This document shows positions 1 through 12,100 of a DNA stretch of 64,000 nt, in pieces. The first letter of the stretch is position 1, and each line of letters opens with the position of its first letter. The notes below the pieces were generated by a model. That model did not search any database. It saw only the letters and a list, made by a program, of their open reading frames with translations, and was not told the origin of the DNA. The DNA comes from Phoronis australis (taxonomy: Eukaryota; Animalia; Phoronida): assembly GCA_002633005.1 (NCBI GenBank), contig NMRA01000136.1, positions 708,944 to 772,943 of the forward strand, read 5' to 3'. The position numbers and the translations under genes were made by a program.

Positions 1-112
1 GTTCTTGCGAGAGGAGACGGGCAAACAGCTGGAGGTAGTGGAAGGCTTGGTGGAAGATGTACACCTGTGGGATGTTTACCTAGGTCTGAAGGAGTCTATC
101 ACTACCATACAG
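1..112 (+). CDS. dynein-like exon 1 (partial; tail/DHC_N2)
   Basis: FLREETGKQLEVVEGLVEDVHLWDVYLGLKESITTIQ then CAG|GTATGG. Confidence 0.8.
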
Positions 113-3100
113 GTATGGGTAGTGAGGAGAGTTGTGATGAATGATGTGCTGTAATAATGGAAATTATTATCAATTTTATCTTAACATTCTTGGGAGTATT
201 AGATGGCTATAATAATCTACAATAAAGTTTTCTCAAATTTGACTCAAAGTAACCGCCAGCATTGTCATTTATCATATTCAAAAAACCCTACTGCTTTGTC
301 AAAAAATGCATGAAATTTCATTAGCAATGACAAATGTACAATGTAAACATCCAAATAATGATTTCAATCTTCTGTTCATTTTTGTTGAAAATGGCAATAA
401 AATAACATTTCACTGTTGTGCCACATTACATTCAAAACTGAAGAAAGTTTACTACCATAGACAGTCAAGTCAGCATATTGTACCAACTAACAGACACGTT
501 ACCTGTCCTTGTGGTACCATTATCTCTGCTCCCTTTCCGCAAATAATAAGTGATGTACATAAGGTACTTAGTAGAAGTTGTTGTTTGTGCTGTCCAGATC
601 CAGTTTGTTATACACCATTCAGATTTACTGGGTGTAAAAACAGTTTTAGTAGCATCTAATGTGTGTGTGTAGTGACATTGCAAGCAGTGCTTAATCATCG
701 TTACTGCTTTGTGTTTTGGTTTATTTGCAAATTGTTTGTAACCTTTCTCTCCTTTGTTGTGGTAGGCGTGTCTACCACTGATAGATGACCTCAGTAACCC
801 TGCAATGAGAACGCGTCATTGGAAGCAGCTAGTGAGAGTGACGGGTGGTGCCCTGCAAATAGACAATGACACACTGAAGAGAATGACCTTGGGTGAACTA
901 CTAGGACTGGGGCTACAAAGTAAGTTTGAATCTGAGTACAAAAACTGCTATGACATCTTCATGTAATATTTTGAGTTGATTTGTGGTTTGATTTTTGTAT
1001 TTTCAAAGCTGTAATGTGCAAATATTGTGAAAATATTCTGAAGTAGTGTTCATAATGCTAAACCAAATTCAAATTATTGTGCTCAGGGATTCAGCAATGA
1101 AACAACTTTTGCATTTAGGGACTTAATTTATTGAGGTTTGCAATTTTAAAGGATCAGAGTGGAAACTACTTTTAACTATAATTTAACTTAATTTCTTTTG
1201 TTAAAGCAATCAGTCTTAACTCAAATTAATGACTGTTTCACATTTATGAAGCATCATATATTATGTAATTCTTGTTTTTCCAAGGACATGTGGATGACGT
1301 GAGAGCCATCGTCCAGCGTGCGGTCAAGGATTTGACCATAGAGAAGTCACTGAAAACCTACGAAGAGGTGTGGCTCAGCAAGGTGTTTGAACTCCGCCCT
1401 CACGTACGGAACAAACAGATCAGTCAGGAACTGGTGTCCACTCACGGAGATCAGCCATTGGACAGTCAAAGCGAGAGATCTCCCAGCGAGATGTCCTCTC
1501 ATCCACCGTTAACAAGTCGCACCAATCCACTGACTAGCCGAGTGTCCAATCACAGCGTGCACAGCAGGAATAGACGGTCAAGCATATCATCGCTGCCACA
1601 GTCACTGATCAATGCTGGAGAGGTATGGGCAGATAATTTCTGCTAACTGTATTTATTGTTAGTAGTTTATAATAAGAGATATACAGTATGAATATTCCTT
1701 TCAAAGTAATGCCTTTTGTTAAATATATACTTCCTCAATATTTACCGACCAAAAAAGAATTAAACCATTTAATCTTATAAAAAATTGGTCTCCTAACATT
1801 TTTACCATAAGAGGATTTAATTTCCATTTCCAACCAGAACATCAAAACCAACACCAACTCAAGAAAACACTCTGGAGTTTAACCAACTTTAAAATTGCAA
1901 ATTTGAGAGTGACACTTGAATGCATCACCTGTAACCTGATTTGCCGCCTCAATTGGCAACAATTCAAGATTGGATAACCGTGGAAAATATTCTTAAAACC
2001 AGCAGAGCTTCAGTTAAAGGCGAAGGCAACCTTTTTTCATGTCATTTTTAGCAAAAATAAGGTTTGTTGATTATCCCAAACATATTTTTCACTTATTTAC
2101 TGCTTTTCGTAATTTAATCAATTACTCGTCTTCTACTCCGGAAGTGACGTTTTGGGAGGCAAGAATTTTGCGCCAATTTCTTTTCATATAGTCTGACTGT
2201 GAGAGCAGTCGAGTCAGTCATTGTTCTACCTCGGTTGTGATAAGTTCGGTCGTTGTTTGCTTTTGCTTATGAGTCAGTCAACATGCCACGCTGTTGCTGC
2301 GTACTGGGGTGTACTCATTATCGTCTCACGTACAGAGGAAGAACTGTCCCACTTGTCCGAGTGTCCCGCGACACACTCCCACTGGAGGGTGATCTGAGCA
2401 CCCAAACTGCTTACATCCTGCCGTATGACTCCCTCGCCACACACCTGGCACCTTCCAAATAGCTCCATTACAAGTCCACAATAAACTTATCAAATTTAGG
2501 CTCACCGATCTGTTCATTGGATGACGAACTGTCCTCTTCATTGGGTGTCGAACTGGACCCGTATTCACTCCCACTACTCAACATCGCTGCAGGGCTGCTT
2601 ACAGGCTCTGCGATAGAGACAACAGCACAGGACGAATCACTGCTAGTTCCCGGAATTGCACGCAATGGGGTACGTTTGGAGGCATGGGTGACAGTAGATG
2701 AAGTGCCTCCAGTCACTGTACATAGTGGCCACAGCTCACGAGGCTTCTGGCTTCAAAAACGCAGTTCTCGGGGTTGGCGATGGGGCACTGCCGGGAATCA
2801 ACAGCGACGGTATGGTACCCTTCTTCAGGCGTTGTTTCGCAGGGACCTTCATCAATTCAGCGTACATATCTGTCATAATCTGACGGTAGAAAATGTTTGC
2901 CACACACTCAGTAACCCTCCACTGCTTTGTACGTTGCGTGGATGGGTAGCGCTGCGTTCTTCACATGAACGAGCTAGCCAAGTACGGCGAAGTGTGTCAT
3001 CCTTCGGAAAGCGACGCAAGGTACCTAAAGCGCGTGTGAGACGATAATGAGTACATCCCGGCACGCAGCAACAGCGTGGCATGTTGACTGACTTGTAAAC

Positions 3101-6100
3101 AAAAGCAAACAACGACCGAACTTATCAAAAACGAGGTAGAACAATGAATGACTCAAAAGCTCTCACAGTCAGAATATAATGAAAAGAAATTGGCACGAAA
3201 CTCTTGCCTCCCAGAACGTCACTTCTGGAGTAGAGGACGAGAAATTAATCAAACTACGAAAAGCTGTTAATTAGGTGAAAAATGTGTCTGGAATAATCAA
3301 CGAACCTTATTTTTACTAAAAGTGACATGAAAAAATGTTGCCTTTGCCTTTAAGAATACAACATTGACAGCTAAACAGCATTGAAACCTCCCTGTAAATT
3401 CAAGTACGTACATACTAGACTTTGTTTCACAAAATTCTCTCTTACAGGAGGTGTCTGACCTTTACCTTCTGAAAAACACAGACCCTATCTTTGAGGAGTT
3501 AGAACACCACCAGATAGCGCTACAAGCTATGCAGGCCAGTAGCGCTGCTGGCTCATTCCTTGACGAAGTTGTCAAGTGGCAGAAACGGCTTCAGACAATC
3601 GAGGCGGTGATGAGCACATGGTTGAATGTTCAGGAGAAATGGGTTGAGTTGGAAGAGGTATAGCCATTGTTTATATTGTGCAGAGATGGGATAATCTTGT
3701 TATTAGAGATTTTTTGTCTGATTGCTGGGCAGTGTAATGAAGTGTTGAATTTTTAATGTATTATTACAAATACATGAGTTGTAAATGGGGGATTGGCATA
3801 CTGTGAAATAAGAGACAGTGTATCAAATTATTTCAGGGTCTTGTGTAAAATCTCTGAACTGAGATTCAACTCGAAGTTTTACCACTCACACTGCATGATT
3901 CAAGTTTATTAAGTTCAGTCAAAGTGTCACATGTACTTGGTCAAATATCAAGTCGAGTTTTGAGTACAGAGATTGAACCCAGTGCCCTGATCAGTGGTGA
4001 GAATTTTTATTATGTAATGTTCTGGTCTTAATGAAAACATTGGCCTTTGGTACCATAGCCTGTGAAAGTTTTGTATTTGATTTTTTTTGCATTTTGTTCA
4101 AATTAAGATCTTTCTCACCAAAAAGGTAAGTTATGCATGGGACCCTATGTAGAAACCATTATAATAGTTAGCATTTCCCTATCAGTACAACAGACACTGA
4201 AGTATGACCATGTTGCTCCTTGTATCATATTTTTATTAAGACTACTGATGATAAGCTCATTGTACTAACACTACTACGTTTTAATGCTTACTAACTATTA
4301 ACTAATCTAGTTCCTCTTCCCTAGCTAGTTCAATTGTCAAAGGTATCTGGGTGGTATTAGATGTGGTGTCATTCTTTGAATATTTGTTTTCTTGATAACG
4401 TAAATTGTAGAAATTAATTTAGTAAGTCATTTCTTTTATGAATTTGTGCAAAATCTGGCATGTTTTGGTCAATGTTTGTCTGATATTTCTAGTTTGTGAT
4501 ATTCCTATACATCATTTCTCTTTTTAATTTGCCAGGACGTATAGGCAGTAGGTCATTTTGCACTTTGCATGAATTACACTGTCGTCTGTTGCACCCAGTT
4601 TGCAGTCTCAAAAACAAATTTATAATATATTTTTGAAGGTGTTAACTTGACAAGTTTAAATTTGAATATTTTTATGTAAGCTTATTTGCAATGTGTACGG
4701 AAATTGCATGCAAATCCTGTTGTACTATGCAAACTCTATATCTACAGCTGAGCTGTTGTTTTGAGAGGGAAAGTCTGATGCACGCAGTGTTTTCATGAAT
4801 ACCTGTCATGCTACTGGGTGTTTCTTGATTGTTAGTTTACACATGCGCAGATAGGTGTCTCTTGTTAAATATCACTGAACATGCAAAAGTATTTTACTAC
4901 ATGTGATCTTTTCTTATATCACAATTGAAATCACTCTGATACTGCACCTGTATTGAACGCAGTGCTACTCTATGTGGTACTCTGACATAGTGAGTTTCAT
5001 CATACACATTAGGTTCGTCCTTATTTCCTTTCCCATATCCTGTCACATCTAGTACAGGTTTGTAGAATATTTTGCTTTTCATTGGCAATGGCGTGCTCAT
5101 ACTTCTTTTGTCAGATTGCTTCTGAAATTTTCATGTCGTGCTCATGTTTTGTACTCAGTCAAACAAGGGTAAAACAAAATTAATTTTTTTGAAGCATTAC
5201 CTTAATATGTGATTCCCTGCTTGATGGTTATGCTAATGACGATATATCTACCATTACACACCATAATTTTTCTTTCTGTCTCGCCCTGTCTTACAGGTGT
5301 ATAGTGGTGCTGATGTCCGCCACACCCTCGCAAGTGATTCCAACATGTTCGCCAACACAAACCGCGACTTCCGCATGTTGATGCAAGCCACGGAGAAAAA
5401 TCCTAATGTTCTCCAGTGCTGCTCAAGAAAACGTAAATATTTTGTTGAATAAACAATATTTAAAACTATTGGAAGTTTGAATAACCTGTTGTACTTTAAT
5501 TTCTTGTAATGAAAATTCAGCCTAAAGAAATCAATAAATTAATCACTGTTTTAGTGTAATGTAGCCTGAAATTATACAGAGGATAGAGATAAACATTTAT
5601 TGGCTGAAATTCATTTCCATTTTGTTCAAGAGCATATCCTCATATTTAAGCTGTGTTTCATCATTTTGTAACATATCAAATGCTTTCGCAATTTTACAGC
5701 TCTTTCATTTATAGTTGTCCTGTTTGGCAGGCAGTTGCAGTCTGATTAACAGGAGGTCTCCTTTTGATCAGGTGTTGATACTGGCAAATTTTCCTCATAA
5801 GTCTAGAGTAGTTTGGCAGTGGCGCTTCTCGTTTGCACAATTTGTTATCAATACATTACAGTTACTTAATCTTTGAATGGACACTAGCCTCTACTTCTGC
5901 TATATTCATTTTTATTATTCGTCTGTTCTCCGAAGAGCAGGAATAGAGTATTTAACAAGTGTAAACCATTGGGTCCATGATTCTTGACTATAACTACTGG
6001 CTTACACTCTGAGTGGGTTGTGACCAAGTGTGACCTGTTGATGTAATTGTTAGCCTTGTATTATCTTATTTCTGGCTGAAGATGAAACGTGACCAGTCTT

Positions 6101-9100
6101 GAACTATAGCCGACTTCTTGTATCAGTATCCCTTCAATGTCTGTTGCTGATCTATTCAATTCTTGCTCTTTGGGTGACTTACAAGTATTCCAGGGGTTCA
6201 AGCAAATGTCTGTGAAATAACATATAGACAAGAATGTCATGTAGTCAAGAAAAACCCAGCAAATGAGAAATTTCCATATTTGTAACAGTAACTCTCGACC
6301 ACTTCTTTCACACACCCACTTCATTTCACACACCCAAATTATGAGGCAAAATAACTTCCTGCCATTTGATGGAAATTTACTTATAAGCAGTCACAAAATT
6401 CCTTAAAATTTAAACATTTATGACTGTGAATTCACATACAGTCACTTTAATGTTTATTCACAGATATTCTGGCTATACTGGAGAAGATGGATATCAATCT
6501 GTCACACTGTCGACGCACTCTACTGAATCACCTGGAGAGAAGGAGACAGAAGTTCCCACGATTCTACTTCCTGTCTATTGAGGATGTACTACACATTGTT
6601 TGTAATGGTATGTTCTCGTATTAGCGTAATTATGTAATTTAAGTTGAACATTCACTGGTTGCCATTAACTACATTCAGTAAAATTGACATTATTGATTGT
6701 ATGGCTGAAAAAGTGCAGTTATGGGCTTATTGTAGGATGGAATTTTTGAAATTATTAGATTGACTAGAGCTATAAAACAACAAAATCCACTTTGTTTTTG
6801 TGATTATGTTATAAATTGGCTTATTCTCACCATTGTGTGCTAGACATTCACTGACATCAAGGCAAGTGTCTTAACCTGCTGCTTAACACATAAGATTTGG
6901 CTCAGTGGTAGAATGTTCAGCTGCTGCTACTGGAGAGCTATTGGGCTCGATTCTGCGTGACTGCAAATGTTTGACAACTACTTGTTTCAGTGAAAATGTC
7001 ACCCTTAAATTAAAGTTATTCTTTAGCAGGTTTATGTTAATTTGCATTGTGTGACAAGATGAGTGCAGATAATTCAGAATTTAAAAATTTTCAAATAAAA
7101 CCATGCAGTCAAGCAAAATGACATGTCTGACTGACTTTTTGACTTTAGTGTGCTTTAGTTTTGAAAAATGCAATGAGCTTTTTCATCTGTGGAAAAGAGT
7201 TTGTTTGACATGCAACTCATCTTGTTTTGCGAACAAAATCAAGATGTTAAATTTCAACATTGCGTTTGGCAGCCATTTTGATTTTTTTGATCTAATCAGT
7301 AGATTGTCACATTCAGTAAGCCTTAAGTCACTTGTCTTAAATTAACTTTACTTTCATTACTCATTACACCTGGACTGCTGCTCATTTATTTCCTTTATTT
7401 CAAAGTGTAGGCTACAGTTTCACTTAAAATTTATTGCCTGTCTTCCGAATGTTGCACTCCCCCATTGGATTATGACCTGAACCAGGTGAACCTCTACATC
7501 AGTAAACTGTTTAATGCACTCCCCCTTTAGGCTATGACCTGAACCAGGTGAACCTCGACATCAATAAACTGTTTAAATGCACTCCCCCTTTAGGCTATGA
7601 CCTGGACCAGTTGAACTTCTACATACTGTTTAATGCATTCCCCCTTTAGGCTATGACCTGAACCAGGTGAACCTCTACATCAGTAAACTGTTTGAGAATG
7701 TTGGCAGAATTGTGTTTGATGAGGTGGAAGACAATGACAAATACAACTTTGAGATCACGGCAGTTCAGAGTTTTATGGGAGAAAGACTTCTGTTCAAGCA
7801 GGTAACACATTAGCCTTGTGAGTCATTGGTTATTGCAGTTAGCTTTCTGCTATTGCTGCCAAATGTGTGCAATTGTTTTGTTATAATTTTAAATTTGTTT
7901 TAGCATGTCTGGATTTCCTGTTTTGCATGTTCACTTTTCTGAGCAAAACGATATTATCTTTAAATGCCATATTCTGTGTGTTTCGTAAATTATTTGCTTT
8001 TTAAAGTCATTTGTTCTAAACATGACTGCATGAAAATGAGATTTTATTTTTAAAATAGCTCAGAACATGAATATTGGAATCTTTGAAAATTCGTAGTAGG
8101 TGGACTACAAATTGCTGCTTGACAGATCGTCAATCAGGTTGATAGCATGAACCATTTGTTAGATGACTGGATGAACAACAATATGAATGATGCAAAAGCA
8201 TGTCGCATGTGATATTGTTTTTAATAGAGTGGTTACCGCCATAACCAAGTCATACTGTCCATTTTCCTATACCGATATTGCCTATTGCCTATAGTTTTAC
8301 TAATAACTTGATAACAACGCTATTTACAGCCTGTCCCGTGCGAGGGTAACATTGAGACATGGTTGAACCACTTCATCCAAGCCATCAAATCAGGTTTGCA
8401 GTATCAGCTGGCGTTGGCCATGGGTCTCGAAAAACCTCCGCCACCCAAGGTGAGAGAGATTCGTAGTGCTGGTTCACGCAAGGTTGTCATGCAGAAGACC
8501 AGCGGCAGGGATAGCAATCTATCTAAGAAAGGTAAACTCTGCAATTTAGTAAAAAAGCACACTTGTCTACTAGATGCTAGCATAAAAAAATAATGCTCTC
8601 CTGGTTATAAGCATAATAAATCCTCTCTTGGTTATTAGCATATTATAATAAATTCTCTCCTTGTTATAAGCATAATAAATGTACTCTTGAGTGTAAGGCA
8701 GCATAATTAATGTACACCGTCCTGTGTATTTCCGTGTGGTTTTGATTTTCCTTTTGATGTCTGTTTTGCGTGTTAAAAATGTGTGAAGAATGTCAATGGT
8801 TTCTGAAGTTATTGGAATCAACCCTGTTTCTGTTTTACATAATATTAGTTGAAAAAACATGGAGTTTTTCTCAATAGACATCGCCCAGCTTTATGCTGAT
8901 GGTGGGTTAGGGAACAATTAGGGGAACATAGTTACAGAGATTTGGACTCACTGATAGACATAATTAAGCAATACTTTATATTTGGCAACTGCGCTCATGT
9001 GTGAACTTTTAATACAGTTCTCTTGCATGGAACTTGTATTAGTTTTGTGTCATTCCTGATAGGCTATCGTCTGTAATGAACTAGAGGAAGTACCACATTT

Positions 9101-12100
9101 TTATCTGATATTTGTTTCATTGGTTGTGAAAGCCTTCAACCTCCAATTGAGTTAATACAGCTTTCTTGCCAAACTACATTTTGACTAGATTGTAATGTCT
9201 TCAATTACCATACTGCATTTCATAGCAATTGTAATTAAATGTGACTGAAAAAAACCAGCAACCATTTGATATGCTTGTTTGTGACTACTGTTGCCAATAA
9301 CTGTCCTGTATTCAAGAATTTCATCCACAGAACGGAGCAGTAGTCGCCAAGGTAGTAAACCAGGCAGTCGCCAGGGCCGGCATTCTGGAACCAATCAGCA
9401 GTTGACCTCTGAGCCAGCTGAGTCAAAGTCTCTGGGCAATGAGAACACAGGCTCCTGGACTCTTGATCACGTGACAGAGATAGTATATCTAGCTACGTTG
9501 ATCAATATGACTCATCAAGTTGGAGAGTCTCTGTCAGTGACAGATTCCGGTGATAAAGATGCCATTCAGGTCAGTAGGGACTGTGACATATGCTCCTCAT
9601 TAGAGCTAAGGCTAATTGCTACTCTAACTGACCTATCGCCAGGATTATGACTGATGGCTTAACTGACCAATCAGAACGCAGCATTCTTGAAGCACCTACT
9701 TAGAGCTGTATCCAGTCGGGCAACTTGACCCATCCGTGCCAAGTTCCACTAATTCAGTTTATTTCCACACGGTCATGTGTGCCCTATCCTCTTGTTCCTG
9801 GGGCAACTTGCACTAAAAGTGCCTCCCAGGACTCAACTTAGGTATCAGATAAGTTGCCTACCAGTAGCCACTAATTCCCATATCTGATGGTTTTGTCCAA
9901 TGAACGTAAACAATAGGGGCTTGGTGACCTGTCTCCACTCCAGTATACCAATTGAAGTTTACAGCACATTGAGCCAAAACGTGACAAAGTGACAAGACTG
10001 CACCAGTCTTCTATTTGTGTTCATGTTCAAGTTGTGGTGGATTATTTGCGTCATTAAATAATAAAATTGTCCTCTTTTTGCAGACTGCTGTAGCCAAGAT
10101 CAATGCCAGCCTCCAACAGAGTGTGTTGATGCTAAAGGGACTGGAGGGAGAGAAAGAGGTTCGACAGAAGAAGTCAAAGTCACTGAGTGATGGTCAGTAT
10201 ATGGGGGGGTTGTGTGAAACTGTGGATGAATATTGTCGCTTGTATCACTTTATGAATGATGTCTTCTAGTGTGACCAACCAGAAAGAAGAAAGAGGGTTG
10301 CGGCTCCTCGCCATTTGGAGGTGCATGTCACCTTGTAGAAGATGACATTTGTCTAGTGATAAATCTGCAGGATTTTTATTGGATTTTTTGTAGTTCTATC
10401 ATTTTCTGTGAAGTATCTGTTGTGTATTAAACATACTTAGTGAATTTCACCTGGTTGTGTTCTGACTTGTGTTTAAGTGCGCTCTGCACGTGAAGCCAAG
10501 GAAAAGAGTGAGACCTTGTCAGAGAGTGCCTCCCAGTATGGTCGTGGGAGCCAGGCTGCTTCTCATGTGGGATCCATGTATGACCTGAATATGGAGAGCA
10601 AATCTCCCATACCTGAGGAGTCTGCTACTGATGGTAATGGATGTAAGTGCACAAGTTTAACAAAACGTTCTNGTGCATGTCACCTTGTAGAAGATGACGT
10701 TTTTCTAGTGATAAATCTGCAGAATTTTTATTGGATCCTTTGTAGTTCTATCATTTTCTGTGAAGTATCTGTTATGTATTAAACATACTTAGTGAATTTC
10801 ACCTGGTTGTGTTCTGACTTGTGTTTAAGTGCGCTCTGCACGTGAAGCCAAGGAAAAGAGTGAGACCTTGTCAGAGAGTGCCTCCCAGTATGGTCGTGGG
10901 AGCCAGGCTGCTTCTCATGTGGGATCCATGTATGACCTGAATATGGAGAGCAAATCTCCCATACCTGAGGAGTCTGCTACTGATGGTAATGGATGTAAGT
11001 GCACAAGTTTAACAAAACGTTCTCGAGAAAGTTTGTTGAAATAGGAAACCAAAGTGTCTTTGTCCTGACACAGTTTCTAATTCTGGTGTGGATGGTAGGC
11101 AAAGTTGATAGGAACGAATGTCAATTTCTTTAATTTATTCATGACATTTGATGACATGATGGTTGCAAACAGTGTAAAATATACTGAGGAATTTTCTTAG
11201 TGCATTAAATCCATACAAAGATCCAAACTATATTCATAAAATTACTTATCACTATCTAGTGACAAGGTGTATTTGACACCGCTGTGTCATCAATTAGCGA
11301 TTTGTCTCAGTTGCTTTTTCAAAGTTATTGTGGGAACTGACAAGGAAATCAGAAGAAGATGTAATAATTTGAAAATTATGTGACATTTGGTCAAACGTGT
11401 CATTTTTTATTGTAAAGATGTTAATTCTTTTGAAACCACACAATTATAAAACTGTATCATACTTAGTTCTTCAAGTTTTCACACAAGACGCAGCCTGTCA
11501 ATGAATCAATACAATCATGCTTTCTAAACCTATTCTGACTATAACCCTTGGTCTCTCAACTAATATTAATTACTACACAGCTTATTGATATTTAATGCTG
11601 ATTTCTGACATACTGTGTGTCTTATGATGTTGCTTGACATATTATAACCGTTCTCATCCAGCTTTAGTTGAACCAACAACTGCAGAACCTGTGGACACCA
11701 TGAACTTGATGAATAGCATGTCTATTGTGACCAGCAGCAAGGCCAAGGATGAAGAGGTGAGCTCCTGACAATGGATACATAGTATCATTTAATGCATTGT
11801 TTCTTGACTGGAGAACTAACAGTTACTGTAGTTGGTCGAGATAGGGCAAAATAGTGCTTAATTCTGGTAAGTGGTGATTGGTTCACTAGTAAGACCATTG
11901 TTCTGTTTGTAAGTGGTGATTGGTTCACTAGTAAGATCATTGTTCTGTTTGTAAGTGGTGTTTGGTTCAATAGTAAGACCATTGTTNAAGTGGTGATTGG
12001 TTTGTTAGTAAGACCATTGTTCTGTTTGTAAGTGGTGATTGGTTAGCTAGTAAGACCATAGTTCTGTTTATAAGTGGTGATTGGTTCACTAGTAAGAGCA

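Larger units (their letters stand above)
2018..3349 (-). mobile_element. Non-autonomous Kolobok-like DNA transposon with THAP/transposase remnant
   Basis: TTAA at 2014-2017 and 3350-3353; termini AGGCGAAGGCAAC / GTTGCCTTTGCCT; ~310 bp inverted arms (2018-2329, 3036-3349); minus-strand THAP start MPRCCCVPGC...FPKDDTLRRTW with frameshifted VCGKHF, then KFIVDL*MELFGRCQVCG...CVAGH...WDSS. Confidence 0.85.

Noticed and set aside
2517-3047. 176-aa + strand ORF inside the transposon
   Set aside because: It is the antisense shadow of the minus-strand THAP/transposase remnant, with no recognisable motifs.
6895-6965. tRNA gene
   Set aside because: Only A/B-box-like motifs; acceptor and anticodon stems do not pair.
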